From assembly GCA_013239625.1 (NCBI GenBank), contig MU054187.1:23436795-23500794 (forward strand): a stretch of DNA of 64,000 bases. Reading direction: 5' to 3'. Of the stretch, positions 13,521 to 29,079 are shown piece by piece. The notes under the pieces were generated by a model. It worked only from the letters and a program-made list of their open reading frames with translations. It was not told the origin of the DNA and ran no database searches. The translations under genes were made by a program, and so were the position numbers. The DNA is from Lama guanicoe (lineage: Eukaryota). Within the stretch, counting starts at the first letter, position 1. Each line of letters opens with the position of its first letter.

Positions 13521-16500
13521 TCTAAGACTGGATCCTCTAAAGAGTTTCGTCTTTTAACAAATACTCCTTGGTTAAACATCACAGCTTGTGAGTATCACTC
13601 CTGAAATCAACAACAGCAAAAAACTCTGACGTCTCTCTAAAGATTCCAGCCAGGAGAGGCCATCACTTCAGGTCACTTCATTCTGTTCAATCACATAAAA
13701 ATCTGCTGTTGCTTTTAGTTCTGAAAGGCAGCTCAGCAATCAGAGCAACCTGCCAAGTGAAACAGGTGTATGTGGATCCAAACTTTTCTGCAGGGAGCTG
13801 GTACTTGATCACGCTAATGAAATCCAGTGTGATTACTCAACAAGTTGGATGAAGAAATGTTGAGGACCTGCCAAATAACAGTACATTAGATGATCATAGC
13901 TGAATAATGGCACTGATCTAGAATTAAACAGACCTTCAAAACAGGGGAACGCACTTCTTATATTTATAAACCGGGAACCAACACCTGGAAGTGTCCTCAT
14001 CTTTAATTTTTAGTCAAAACTAATGACTATGAAGTTACTGGGTATCATATAAAAGTTCAGAAGCTTCCATTTTCATATTTATCAGGTCTGCAGGCCAAAT
14101 TTTATAGTAATACACTCCACATACAGAAGTACAATTGAAGTTTACTGAATACATTTGTTAAAGGTAAGACATCTCACCAGCAGAAGTTAAGAGAATGAGA
14201 GTATTTGAAAAGAAGTAGCCTGGAATCTTGGTGATAAATCTGTCAAACTTTGATCCTGTAAATTCATCTTACTCAATAATTTAAGGGTTTTTTTTTTTGC
14301 CATTTATGAAATGTCAGTTGGTTGGAGAAACATTTGTGTACTTTTATTTTCTTTTGTGAGTAGTTTTGATGTTACAACCTTGTAGTTGCTATGCTTACTG
14401 AGAGTTCTCATCTAAATTACCATTTTTTTGAGACATTCTGATAAAGAAATCAGGAAGCTGGAATGTATTACTTGATTGCTTTTTTCTCTTGTAGTAGATT
14501 GGGAGTTTAATAAATGTGAATGAATACACTGACTCTAGTGGAAGTATTTGTTTGAATGGCAGTTGTAGATTTCAACAGCGAGCAAGAGTGGGTGTAGAGA
14601 ATTAATACACCAACAGAATTGAGTCAAAACCATTCTAACGGGCTAAAAGCGGAGCTGTATGCAATCAGTAAAATAAAACGCAACAGTGTTAAAAGTAGAA
14701 TCTTACATCAACCTTAAAATTGCATTTTCTAAGAAGAGAATAAAGAGTACCTAGGAGGTGGGACTTGACAACAACTAATGTAGAATCAATTTGAAGGAAG
14801 GTGAATGCAGTGATTCTTTACTGTAATTTTACTATACGTTAAAAACTCATGCCATTGCTTAAAATGCTACCAAAAGCAAGAAGAAATCATTTCACTAAAT
14901 TTTGCATGGGCCAAATATCAGTCAGATTATTATCATTACTTTCAGGGGCTAAAAAAAAAAAGAGGAAAATAAGAAAATTATTAAATTAAGAGGGTTACAA
15001 GTGAAAATTGGGAGGATGATGGCTTAGGAAGCTACATTCTGAGAAAGTCTAAGGTTTACCTAGAAGGACAAAATGAAAAATTTAGCCTTGCATGACAGAC
15101 TGTCAGTTACCCGAATGCTACAATGTAGGAAAAACTGTATCAATTCTTTCTCTTTGGAGGAGAGTGGAGAAGTGTGTATCAGAGCACATTCAGTGATGCA
15201 AGAATGTCCTAGTTTTAAACTTTAGATATGATATATAATATTACCACTTTTATGACATGAGTAAGTTTACCTAAATTAGCTGATGTTGGTTTCCTCACAT
15301 ATAAATAATAATAAATGAAGCAAAGAGGTATTTGTTTTGGACAATTAATGAATTTACATAGCACAACTGACACATGGTAGACACCACGTATCCACGTTTC
15401 CCTGGTCACAGCCGCAGAATTAGTGTCAAGAGGTATTACAGGAAGGCATAGTCAACCTTAAAAATGGGGGAAAAAAATCTTCTAGGTAATTACCTTGAGT
15501 CTAAATACAAATAAAAATGTATTTACTTAATAATTTGAGCTTGCTCTCTTTTATAACAACCATAAGGGAAGAAGTTGTGCAAAATTTGAGTTCAAGGTAA
15601 GAAGCCATGAGCATGAGATCTGAATAGAGAATGAAAAGTGGAGAATGTGCTAGTTAGACTGAGATCTTCTGGACTGATTAATATTGCTATCCTATTGAGT
15701 AATATTGAAACCCTAGTAAACAAAGGTTTCAAATACATAGATCTCCACCCCTTTAGCTCTTCAGGGAGTGAATGTTTAGAGTAGTGGAAAGGATAAAATT
15801 AATTTCAACAACTGATATTTATTGAATGTTTATTACTATGTACTTGTGTCTTAAGAGTTTGCACTAGAGGGGATAATAGGCATACATGTTGATAGTAGTA
15901 ATATGAGATTTTGAATGTAAGGGACAGGGTACCAAAAAAAGAATGTTCAAGGATTCCTGAAAGATCAAAAGTGAGCTCAGTGTTGAAAGATATCAAAGAG
16001 GTGGGGGTCGGACCAAGTTAAGGTGCAGAAGACATAGACATGCTGAGGTTTCACCTGCAGTTTTTTGTCATTAGTAAGCAATAATTCTTCCAATGTGCTT
16101 CATTTCTCTGCCAGGATTTTACAGGTATCCTTTGCTATGTAAAAAGGAAATATTAAATTCTGAATATAAGGAAACAATTTACACTAAGCTAATATGATTT
16201 TCAGGTGGACAAGAATATGAAAAATCATGGGGCAAGACGCAGCAAGATGCTTTTATTATTTTTATGTAATTATGGATTATTTCCAGAGAAACTGAATCAA
16301 CTGTAGGTATTAATGGCTTTGTGAATAGAAAAGGGGGAAATGAAACCAGTTAATATGTTAAGGAATTAAGATTATGTATATTTTTTCAGTCTTTTGAAAT
16401 AATTGTTAATTATTTTAAAAGTTATTTTTATTATAAAAGTTTATACTTCTTTTAGAATATTAATGGCAATAAAATAAAAACAACTATTATCAAATTTGCT

Positions 16501-18247
16501 AGACTTAATCACTAGTAAGATCTTGGCTTAATTTTCTTTGCACATAATTTTGTCTAGTGTGTGGTAACTCTGATTGAAGGCAATCTAAAACAGTGGTAGA
16601 AATTCTGTAAATGCTAGCTAGAGCTGGATTTATCTGGGCTAAAACAATCCCTTTTAGATTCACCTCAAGAAATCTCCTCTCCCCACTGGTTGCTTCCTTA
16701 GTGACAGCTGCAATTTTTTGGGTATGATTTCGGTTTTCTGCCTTCCATGTAATTTATCTTTCATATTTTTTTTCACTTCTTTGTCCCTTCCACCTGCATC
16801 TGCATAGTTGCTCAAGATTTTTTTCGTTATATTTTATTGCCTTCAGTGTGACTGCATTGTGATTTCCTTTGCTTTCGTATTGATTTCCTTTTTATTTCAA
16901 ACAGATAGGTTTCATCTTAACTGTCCTTTTCTGTGGATTTCTGCTTTTTGTCACATAGAGGCCATATCTTGGTCCTTTAATTCTCTGAACCAACAGAATA
17001 AACACAAAAATCTATAATTCTCAGCCAGTGCTATAATCAGGGCTTGAAAGTTCATTTTGATTTAATCGCTGCCTACAGTGTTTTACCTGTGGGACACTAT
17101 ACACAGAATGTCATGTAACATGCCCTGTAACAGTGGTCAAAGCACAGTTTGTGTTTGACTTTTCTGATTGGTATCATTCATGTTGGGTCTTAGTTCCTTC
17201 AAGTTTGCACTCAGTGGAAAGTTTTCTTAAACTCTGGCATAATGCCGTTGGTTGGTCATTGTTTTCAGTGGTGGTGTTTATTTTTCATTTCCCCCTGTTT
17301 CTTCATTAAATCTTTTTGTTCTTTCCTCTCTCTAGATGCATTTAATTTTGCTCTTGTATGCGATATATTCATTCTTGTTGTATATATACAGACTTTTCAT
17401 GCTATGGAGAACTGACATAATGTATTATTTTCTTGTGGCTCCTGTTAGAACTAATTTGAGAGGGTAAGTTTTGTCTCTGTATTTCAGTTTGATGCCACTT
17501 CCCTTTCCTCTGTTCTAGAATATTGTGTATACATTTTATTTTGAATTATGATTATTATGGTTTATTCCTACTTACTCATCCCTGAATGGGGAGAGAGATG
17601 TTCAGACTTTACATCTGCCAACAGATACAGGAGTACTGGTTATCCATTGTTTGGCTAACTTTCCACTCAGTATCTGGCTGAATTCTGAATCCTGAGGTGA
17701 AGAGCAAGGGAAGTGGGCAGGTCTTTGATCTGTTTCTTGTTACTAAGCAATCATACATCCGCTCCAGCCTGACTGTATTGAGCTGGGATCTTCCTTGTTT
17801 GCTGAAACTCAAGGCCAAAGGCATACATGAAAAATTGTAATTCTCAACATGCAGTATTACCAATGTCTTTGTGCCTCAGCCCACACTTACAACGTATCTT
17901 CTTTGTCACTAGCTCCTACCCACGCATGTTTGTTATTATTATCTTTATAATAATTATCCTTATAGGAATTTTAATGGAAAATAGGTGAGGTTACTTCAAA
18001 GGTATTTACAACCTTGATTTAAATAAAAATTTCCTTTACCTTTACTTTTTTCTTATAAACTAAAATAGATTGAGGTTAAAAAGTATCTGGAGCATAATAT
18101 TAAACACAAATCTAGGAAGGAAAATTAATATAAACATGACACAGCCCTAGTGTGGCAGCTTCTAATCACTTAGCATAGGGAGAAAGTAGAATAGATTGTT
18201 GAGATGCTTAGTAGACTCATGAAATACATCATGCATATGTTGCATAC

Positions 18248-18363
18248 CATTTTCTTTGTGCACAAAGGCTCCCTGGGGAGATTCAGGGATACCTTTCCAG
18301 ACTGTGATTGGTTTGGGATAGCCAGGGTCCATGGTTTTCATTTCTTCACTGTATCTCCAATAC
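18248..18363 (-). CDS. MMP16: MMP16 internal coding exon (exon 9), hemopexin domain
   Basis: (R)YWRYSEEMKTMDPGYPKPITVWKGIPESPQGAFVHKEN(G). Acceptor tttgtag|G, donor AATG|gtatgc. 116 bp. Confidence 0.98.
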
Positions 18364-18747
18364 CTACAAAGGACAGATAAACAAAAACAACAACACACGC
18401 ATAGGAAAGACAATTATGTAGATAAACACTAACCACTAACATTCATTAAATCCTTGCTGTAACGCTACCTGTTAATGATTTACAGAACTGATACAAATCA
18501 TGCAAAGATGGTGGACACAAATAATGTATTCTGTTTCCTTTTCTCAATATGCTAAAAAAAATGATGGGTAGGTTATTGTGTATTTAGCAACTCTGCTAAA
18601 ATTAATTAAAAAATAATGCAAGCCAAGCACAGCTACAATTCAAAAGGGTGTCACCAATCTGTGCAGAAATCAGAGGTTTTCATGATTTTTAAAAAAAAAA
18701 TCTTACTTAGGCAGCTGGATCCTTTTTTGAAATAAGCATAATCTTGA

Positions 18748-19760
18748 TTCATTTTTTCATTCATTTATGTAACAAATCTTTATTGAGTACCTCCTATGTT
18801 TCAAGCATTAATGTAGGGGCTGGAGATACAACCTTGAACAAAACAGACATGCCTTAGCTCTCATCAGTCTTACTTTCTAGGATATACAGGGGTTATGGGC
18901 AAAAAACAATTTATCATTGAATACATACTATCATAGGAGGTGCTAAGACCTATAAAGAAAACAAAGCAGAAAAAGGTATCCAGGACCATTGGTCAGCCAT
19001 ACAAAATCAGTGGTTAGAGAGGTCACCTGTGATAAAGTGACATTTGAGCAGAGGGCAGAAAGAAGTGAGGAGTGGCATATGTAGTTTCAGAGAGAATAAC
19101 ATTCCAGGTGGAGAAACTCGTTACCAAAAGTTTCTGTGGCAGGTGCAAACTTAAGCGTCCACAGTGAGGCCAGGGCGACTAGAACTGCACTAGCAAAGGG
19201 CAGACAAGGTCAACGTGGGAGCTGAGACCCTCACACCATGGCAAAGCCTTCAGTTTTCCTCTAAGAGAGAAGTGAAGCCAATGCTGACTTTGCGCAGAGG
19301 ACCTTCAAGACATGGCTTAGTTTTGAGAGGAACCCACTGCTGCTGTGAGTGGAATAGACTGAAGGGGGTGAAGCAGAAGCACGGATGACAGCAGTTAGGA
19401 TGGCATTTCAGTCATCCTCGGGCTGGAGTGTATGCCATAGAGCTGATGATAATTCAAGGCACTGGGGCATTATTTTGAAGGAAAAGCCCGAAGAGCTTAC
19501 TAATGGATTGAACGCAGGATATGAGAGAATGAGGTTGAGCATAATTCAAGAATTTGGAGGCTGAACATCGGAAGAATAATGCTGCCATTCAGTGAGATAA
19601 GGAAGCAAGGAATGGTTAAGTTGGGGAGGTTTGAGGAATCATGGGTTTAGTTTTAGGTTTCTTAAATTCAGATGCCTGCTAGACATTAAAGTGGAGTTGC
19701 TGACGAGGCTACTGGGGACCTCGTCGAGTGTGGACCTTAGGGCAGGTCTTGACTAGAATC
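18748..19760 (-). mobile_element. L2 3' fragment
   Basis: ttcattcatttatgtaacaaatctttattgagtacctcctatg...ggctggagataca is the reverse complement of the L2 3' end, followed by purine-rich L2 body sequence. Confidence 0.75.
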
Positions 19761-22700
19761 CTTGGTGTATAGACAGATAAATAGATGAAAGCAAAACTTA
19801 CCAAGAGTCAGAACTCTCAGACCTTCATCCCTTCACAGGGCGGCCATTGGGCCACCTTCACAGAACCGTTAGCCAACTGAGGAGTGAACTGTGAATGTCC
19901 CTACTTTGGGTCACTCATTATGGTTTGTATGTTCTAAGAGTCAAACAGATGTAGGCCTGACTGCTCAAAAGGATGGACAAAACCGGGGTGACACCACTGG
20001 GAGTCCACAGTGATACTGCTTATTTTAAGGCAGGCATAATGCGCTATGTATTGTATTATTTAATCACAACAAACCCATCAGAGGGTCATCACTGTCCCCC
20101 TCTGAGGGAGGAGAATTCTTGGAGGACAATGAATGATAGGTAGATTTATAACCAGTTCTGTCTGATTTCAAAAGTTGCTATTCGTTTCTCTACACATACC
20201 AAAAATGTTTGACAGCCTTCCCCCTCCCCCACCCTGCTAGACATCTCTTAACATCTGCCAAAAGTCATGTTTCAGCAACACAGATTTGTGAAGTAACACA
20301 CAATGCATTATCTCGGGGTTAGGCGTTTGGCTCAAATCAGAAAAAGAAAAAAAAAATCCAGTCTTTTCTGACTATTTTCCCATTTCGGGTCTATGGAGAA
20401 TGCTTTATCTACAGAGTTATGGGATCTTGTAAAGAAGGTTTTGCTATAGATTCCTAGAAACCTCACATAAGTAACATCCAGAGTGTTAGCACTTGCTCCA
20501 TTCTCAGTGTTCATGTGGAAAGAAGAAAAAGATTGTTTCAGGATGCATCCCAATAAATAAGCCACAAGGCAGGTTTTGTGCAGAAGGCAAACACCCGGCG
20601 GAGGTGTCCATCATAGGTTGTTAATACACAGAAGATGAGGGTAGATCTGATAAAGATACCGGGAGAAGCTGCATGCAGAAGCACTGAGCTGAAATAATGG
20701 AGCTCAATATTTTTTGAAGAAGACAGGTAGGGAGTGAACTGCTCTATCAACACAAAAGTGCATTTTCTTTCACAGTTTTTCATGGAAACATCTGCTTTTA
20801 AGTTATTTTTGAATATTCCTTTATCACAGAACATTCTGTGACGCACATATCCTGGTTAACTGGGTTGAGACAACACTCAAAATCTCCAGATCTCTTCTCC
20901 CAAGTAAATATTTCAGTGGGATTTATGATAGTCATATATGTTAACTGGTTCCTGCACTTGACCATAAAGAAAACCTCTCTCAGAGAAATCGTCAGATACC
21001 TGATTTCATGGATGCTAAGATACACATTTTCTCACACTTTACATCTCTAACATTGGGGTGCAGTTTACAATCAATACTATGTCAAAGTTTACTGGGCAGG
21101 GTTTTTCTCTCAATGATAGATTAAATAATGATGCATTTTATGAAAAATGGCATTTTTATATGGTATAAACCGTAACTTAAAGCTAGTTTCAAAATTCTAC
21201 TAACTTAGGAATAATTTAAAATTCTAGGGACAATGGGATCCTACTCTACGTGTGATTCAAGGAAGTTAAGTTCATACTCAGAGCCAGGTTTGTTCTCTAA
21301 GGGGTGGTTATAACAAAATTCATGTAACAATACCTATTCTTTATGGAGTGTTTTGTAGCTATAAAGTAAATTTATATACATACATTATATTTAATCTTAT
21401 TTCACTAAAATCCCTCAACAGTCCTTCATACTGCATATTATACTGTACTCTGTGATGATGTCCTAACAATGGATTCAGTACATTATGGTCACTCAGTTCA
21501 GTCAGTGACTAAGCATTGGGCATCATATTATTCAAAAGTAATGTCTTAGTCACATTTGCCCTTTTTGAATGTTAGAGTTGAAATTCAAACTAAGGCTCTT
21601 TGTTCCCTAGTTGAGTAGTTTCTACCACGTTACTGCCAGTACTTCCCTTGATAGAACATTCTAACATTAATCCCCCCGTCATTCGTACCCTCTCGGAACC
21701 CTCACTCAAATTCTTCATGTTCATTGTGTGAGTATAATTTTCCTTCATCCCTTGTTCTATTCATTCATAGATCCATTCACCTGCCAAACTTTTTGTGCAC
21801 ATATATGCCAGACACGTAAGATTCATTGAGATCACATTTCAAGAAAATATTAATGGAATGTGCATTTTATTATACTCTCTTACAGGAACATAATTCTGGT
21901 ATGAATCTGTCAGAATAAAAGCAAATTTTCCCTCTCTATGCTAGCAGATAATGCAAACCTATTTGGGATCATTTCACAATCTTCGAAAAGTTCAAAATAG
22001 GCTTGGACTCTCAGGATATCTGCTGTGTCAGCTTTGATACAAATCCAGTAACTTAAATGTGATTAGAATCATCTAATGATATTTAGCCATAATATTATTC
22101 AGTCCATTATATTATTAGATATAAACATTATATTCAGCTGCCTTATAAAAGGTACTGAGGCTTTTTTTAATATAAATATAGGTTTGCACTTTAATTTTTA
22201 ACATATTTGAACATATTTCAACATGAACAAAAAAGCTCACCCCACTGAGTTTTTGCCTCCGTGGTATTTCACGGGTTCATTGAGAAGTATATTAACATAT
22301 TCAGATGGAACATTGTGCAAATAAACCATTGGGGAGTTCAAATTTAGATATTATAAAGAAAAAAATTGGAATTTTGTGTACAAGGGTCAGCAAATGATAA
22401 AGGTTATTATAACTAAATCTTACAGTTTTTTCTTCTGATATATCAGTAATCTCTGCAGTAGAATTGACTTTAAATTGCTGATTCTTTGAGAAAACCATTG
22501 TAAATCAATGTTTTAAAATAAATTACGAATTGAAATGGGATTTATTCATCATTTTTTTAGACCTGATCATGAGTCACATTCATAAGAGACAGAAGTCGCC
22601 CATGTGGTAGAATACAGTGTTACTTTACATTCCTTCTGTGTGAACAAACAAGAGGTATAGACAATTCTGGAACGACATATTCTATTGTTACTGGATACTG

Positions 22701-23289
22701 AACTCAAACTGAACAAAAAATGGCTCCAAGACAGAGTCCATGGGACCCAAGCATTTCTTCATCCTACTTTGTCTGTTTTACCTCCGAGTCAAGACTACTT
22801 GCCTCTCTCTGTTAAGTTACCGCAGAACAGAGTCACTTTTTCTCACATCCAGATAATCATACAAAATCTCCATTTTTGTACTCTGTTGGATAATTTTAAA
22901 AACACGTAAAAACTTCATAAACACACAGCTGGAGCTACAGGAAATCAATGTATTTTTCAGATTGACTATTAGTGGAAATAATAATAAAACAAACCAAAAT
23001 GGACCTAAATTTTTGTTTTTTTCTTTGAAAAGGTCTCAAAATTCTCAAAGGTTCAGCTTAGAATGAAGTATGACAAAAGAGTCTTGAATATACTTGTGAG
23101 AAGATGCTGAGAGATGATTTAGAAACATAGCATTTTAGAACTAAATGTTATGAAAATCAGAATGTATCCAAGCATCAAATTATAGCATATTAGGAAAAGG
23201 GCAAGTGGGAGGCTGGGGGACTGAGCTCCAGGCCGTATGTGAAAAAGTCAAACTGGAAATTCTCATCTGAATTTACAGATCTGTTTAAA

Positions 23290-24383
23290 GAACCATCATT
23301 GCATCTACTCTTCTTCAGCTGACTCTACACTTGGGAGATTTCGTGCAGGTCCCTGCTTTCAGTACAATTTATATGTTCAGTTACTTCTCAGATCTGTGCC
23401 TCCAACCAACCTTTCCACTAAGATGTGAACTCAATTGTCCAACTACCTATTTGACTTCTCCAGTTGGTGTGAAAACAGGTAACTCAATCTGGATATAAAT
23501 ATTTCAAACTTTTAATTCCCTTCACTTAATATTTCTTCCCCATCTGCCCTTTCTGCAGAAATGGCACCATCTAACTCAATCATTTTTGGTGAAAAACCTA
23601 GAAGTGTCTGATTTTCTTTTTCTCACACCTAAAATTTAAGCCACTAAGAAAACTTGTTATGATTATATTTGAAATGTACACCATGCCGACCCCCTTTGCT
23701 CTGTCTCCACTGCTACCATCATGTCCCCTTGTACTGGAGGACACCTCCCAATTTATCCCCTTGCTTCCAGTTTTGAAGCCCATTCTTCACACAGATGCCC
23801 AAATGATGTTCGTGAGCACACAGCAGAACATGCATGCCCCACTGAAAAACCTCCAATGCCTTTCCATGGTACTCAGAATCCAGTCTTTGCCATAGTCTGC
23901 AGGGCCCCATAATCTGGTCCCTGCTTACCTGTGTGACTTCCTCGGCCACTCACTATGCTCAAGCCACCATGTTTTTTTCTGATGTGCGCATTCCAACGTT
24001 ACTGCTTTTCCACTGCTGTTGCATGTGCCTATGAGGCATCATTTTGAATGGTTTTATGTGGCTGAAACCTCTCCCCACTCAAGTCCCTGCATAAGTGTCC
24101 CTTTCACAACTTAGGCCTTTCTTGACTTCCACACTGCTTTCGCAACCGCTCCTTACCACCCATGAGCCTCTGTCACAATGTCACCTATTTTATGTCTTTG
24201 GAGCATTCCTCAATGTCAAAATGTCAGGGTCATTTATCTCTTCTCTGTTTACTACTATCTCCCCTGACAGAACCTAAGAACCATGGGAGCTGAAGCCTTG
24301 TGGCTGTTTCTACTGCAATATCTTTATCACCTGGCACCTGTCACACAATGTGTGTCCAAACTATTTTTTAAATAAATGAGTGA
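23290..24383 (+). mobile_element. L2 3' fragment
   Basis: Pyrimidine-rich L2 body ending cctggcacctgtcacacaatg...aataaatgagtga. Confidence 0.72.
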
Positions 24384-27220
24384 GGGCTAGGGCAAGACCA
24401 GTAGAGGAATCTTAAGGAAGCAGGAGTTAGAGCTGTTGAGAAGGGAATGGGTTGTCTCACATTTACACTGTTACCATAGGGAGTCGGTACAGAAGGATGA
24501 ACACATCTGGGGTGTAACTGAGGCTGCCTAGAATTTGGTAGGACGTGAATAAGATGCAGGGCTGACATATGGCAGCACTTAAACTGAATCTAATTTAAAG
24601 ATGTGCTTTGTTTGTCTAGCAAATTATATATATATGTTTTTGATATTTACTGTTTTCCTAGAGTATTCGCACTTTCCAGCTCCTCACAGTACCCATCACT
24701 CCCTATGGCCATAAATACTACTGCTGTACACAGCACTATCCACATTATTTGACCTGACACCTTAAAGCAATTTGGTGTTTTTATACCTAGAATAGATTAT
24801 CTCTAAGATTCTTTTCTGACCAGAGCCTTTGAGACATAGAAACCTGTTAATACATTTTTTAGGCAGAAAAATGACAGTGGAATAAGAGGAAGAAATAAGT
24901 AAGGATTAATAATTTTCAATATGTTTTCTTTCAAAAATGTACATGGAAGATATATGCAATGTTAAAAATGATAAGTATTGTAAATATATAAATGCCTCTA
25001 ACGAAGGAAGACTCACTGAGTTCTTACACAAAAGTGACAATCAAATTGTTGTTTATCTGTTTGAGTTAGACAGTTTAATGTCTTTTCCATCTACTTTTAA
25101 TCTAGAATGAATGTATTGATAAATGTTGTGACTTTGGAATTATATAAGTACGCAAATATGAAGTAATCTGTTTACAAACATCTATGACTCACAAACTCTT
25201 ACATAAGATCACATACGTGGAAATTAAATGGGACCCTGCTTTATATATTTTTAAAACCTATAAGACTAATTTAAGGAGAACTTAGAAGCAGAATATTTCT
25301 ATATATGTGTTATATTTTGCATGCAGCTTCTCAAGTAGGAAATAAGTGAACTAAAACTCCTTTTCTCATTTACTATAGTCTTTATTCTGTTACAAATTTG
25401 GTATCTATCCTTCATTGATTTCACTGGGTTGAGGCAGCCCACGTTTAATTTCTAAACTTCAGTTCTTTCAAGAAGTGCTAAGTTTTTAGAATGGAAACAT
25501 TTTTAAAAAGTATGACAATAAAATGGCAGTTTTTCTGATCGTCTATGAAACCCTCATTAAAACGGTCACATGAAAAGCTTTCATGTTCTGTCCTGTAGAA
25601 GTTAACATATTCAGTGTGTCTTCTCAGCCTTTTGATTCTACCCTTTTCTGGGGAAAAAAAAAACAAACAAACAGAAAAACCAAAACAAACAAAAGAAAAT
25701 AAAACTAAAAACAAATAGCCTACACAACGTTGTATTGAACCTAGTCCCGAAAGAGTACTTTCAAGCAATTAAAACCAGCTGAGGAATTAACTCTAACAAC
25801 CTTGAGAGTTGTTATTTTAAAGAATATAAGTTCACAGATTTATTTTTATTAGTAGTCACCATGCTGTGGCAGTCAGCACCTTCCTTCTTTCCTTTCCATA
25901 CTCTATTACGCTTTTATCTTGCTGAGAATCATATACTTTTCTGTGATAAATAGTGTCTTCTTCCCTAATAGAATTTTAGTTGGATGAATCTTTTTTATTT
26001 TGTGATTTAGTAGGAAATGTTTAGCAAAACTTTAGTTTCATGGGAGTGAATTAAAATCTATGCACATTTTGCCATAGAAATATATACAAATCTGATGTAT
26101 AGAAAGTTAATAACAGAATAAATGTAAAAGTATACATTTGTATCCACGGAGGCAAATTATAGGATCTTTTTGTTCATAGGTAAAGCTCAACATTTGAAAT
26201 CACCTGCTAAATGCAAAATACACAAGGCTTATATTCTTACTTTTCTCCTGAAATTTGAGACATTTTATAGGGTTATGTTATGCTAAGATTTTATGGCAAA
26301 CTCAATACTAGTTTGCTGGTCATTAAAGCCTGTTGTTTATATGTGTGTGTGTGTAGGTGTGTGCTGTAAATTTACTTGTAAAATGGCATAAAGTTCTTTG
26401 ACATACCAGTGTCACATTTTGACCTGGCTAGTAATAGTATAATTAAAATTTAATTTTTCTTTCTTATTACTTTTTTAACCAAATATTAATTTAAATGAAT
26501 AAAAATGTAGCCTTCAACATTATATTTTATATGTAATATCTGTCAAAAAGTGGGCAAGGGTAGAACTATGTACACCTAGTGATCACTGTAAAGTTGTAAG
26601 ACTAACAATTCACTTAAGCTTTACAAACTCTGGTAGGAATGCCATAAAAGGAAAAGAAATGAGACAAAATAGCGAAGGATATTATACTTTCAACCAAAAG
26701 TATTTAGCCCAGTGATGGCTGGTTAGTTCACAGCACCTATCTGCCAGTACCTAAATAAATAGTGTCCTGAAAATTAGAACTCATGACTAAACCGAAGATA
26801 TTTGAAAATACTCAAAATTAACTGTGTGCAGACTGCAAAATTTTAACTTAAAATATAAAAGCAAAAAAAAAATCCTGTGTTAGAAAGTAAGTTAAATTAC
26901 AAGGAAATGTATTGTAATGATAAATATACACTGCTACATAGTTTTATAGGCATGTTAAGATTACGAAGAAAAGAAAAAATATATACTACATATATACATT
27001 CATAAGAAAGTCACATTATTTGGGTATATTAGAGAGAGATTTATCTTGAATATTATTCTAAAATATGTTTAGAAATAGTTTCAATTCTATTAATTCTTGT
27101 GTTTATATACACACAGTCAGATTCCTCCATCAAATGTACATGCCTATCTATGATAGACTAGAAATATTGACTTCTCTAAACATTAGTTAATTGTTTTCCT
27201 CATGTGAAGTGTGTACTGAC

Positions 27221-27371
27221 CTGTCCCCCTTGAAGAAATAGGTTTTCCCAACGTCCTCCCACCAAATGGCTGAATCAATACCATGCGGGGGAATTCCGCT
27301 TCCAAGAGAAATCAAGTCATGAGGGTAACCAGGCTGAAGAGTCGTGTCCTTGAACACCCAATATTTGTTAC
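27221..27371 (-). CDS. MMP16: MMP16 internal coding exon (exon 8), hemopexin domain
   Basis: (G)NKYWVFKDTTLQPGYPHDLISLGSGIPPHGIDSAIWWEDVGKTYFFKGD(R). Acceptor catacag|GT, donor GACAG|gtcagt. 151 bp; phase matches both neighbouring exons. Confidence 0.98.
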
Positions 27372-28270
27372 CTGTATGAAATAAGTGCAAATGCAGAATA
27401 CACTAATTTAATGTCAGAAATAAGAATATATCTTCTCACATAACGCAGTTAAAATTCTTTAACATGAAATCCATGAAATAACTCAGTTAGTGGTCACATC
27501 TGGAATACTGACGTTACTTCTGAAACATCGATGCTACTTTCAAAAGTGGTTATAACGAAAACCTATTTAATAATGTAGTCAAAGTTTGTGAATTAATTTA
27601 AGAAATTAAAAAAAAAAAGATCTACAACTTGCCGTATGGAAACAGTTCTGAATCAAGGATCAAGGATTCTTCCTCTAGGAATTAGAGACCTGACTTTGTT
27701 CAAGGCTACATCATTCCTGTGTTTTGTGCATTCCGTATACCCTCAGATTCTGTACTGGTTACAACTGCTGCTCTGTTAAAACTCTGCCTCTAGGCAGACC
27801 CTTTCTTTCTATTATATAAACATTCACAAGTCCCCTCTACTCTTATAAAGTCACCTTCCTTCGACCTGATGACCGCTTTCAGCTGTATCCTTCTCTTTAA
27901 GAGTGGTAAGTAAAGGGAGCAAAAATTTAACCCTAACCTCGTTGGGAACTGCCAGAGTATGGCCATATTAAAAAGAAGATAAACTTCAGTCAGCTTTTTG
28001 TTGTTCTGAAATTATCTACAGACAACACACTTCCTCATGCCCTACACCCTGGGTGGACCACGTTGACCACTCCCCTCTCTGGTACGCCTCTCATGTCGTC
28101 TGCAACCATTCCTCATTCCACTGAAAGCTGATTTAATACCTATTGTCTACTGAAAACTTGTCCTGGAGACACCAATGCCTACACTTTTTCCACCCTTATC
28201 TACTGGCACAGTTGACCACTTAAAGCACGTTTCTCCCTGAGCTGCTAGAAAACAAACCATCTACTTGCGG

Positions 28271-28404
28271 TTCTTTCTTTTTCTTCCTTCCTTCCTTCCT
28301 AAATTCCTTCCTTCCTAACTTCCTTCCTTCCTTCCTTCCTTCCTTTCTTCCTTTCTTCCTTTCTTTCTTTTCTCTCTCTCTCTCTTTCTTTCCTTTCTTT
28401 CTTT
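28271..28404. repeat. Polypyrimidine microsatellite (TTCC)n/(TC)n/(TTTC)n
   Basis: Directly visible; almost purine-free. Confidence 0.92.
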
Positions 28405-29079
28405 CACTGCTCCTCTCTGGGCTTCATTTATTTCACTCAGTCCTTGAATGTTGACATTCCCAGGGCTCTGTTCTCTGCCTTCTTCCCTTCTTATTCTAAA
28501 TGGGGGAGGGGCAGAGTGGAACCACAAACTCAAATACTTACAAGGGCCAGGCTAGAGATGGCAGGACTGGAATGGCAGGGGTATTCAAATATTGAGAGAC
28601 ATCCACAAAAGTCAGTAAATATCTGCCTTAAAGGCCTATTTGCGTCCCCACCCCGCGCCCTGGCCAAGTCTTCTTCCCCAGGTTCCTCTGGATCTTTCTA
28701 TAATCAGGCAACTTCTTAAATCACTCCCTCCTCTTGGGGTTAATATCTGACAGAGTAGAACAGTTAGTATCTTATTAATATCTGAAAAAAATATCCTATG
28801 TCCTTTCTAATAGATGTAAGTTCCTTGTTGTTACCATTTTTTCAATACCACCCCTAGATGAGGACTATGGTAAAGTGTAGCATCCACGTTACACCAAAAG
28901 GAATTTTAAAAAATAAAATAAAATAAAACCACATACTGGTCTGAGAGAACCTAACACAAACAAACCAAAAAAACCCCACAACTTCAAGCTAAATTTGGTT
29001 AGGAGTTTCCAGTTTGTAACTAGGAGTTATCTAATCATTCTAAGGGCTTCTTACTACCGATTGCTATCATTTTAATATA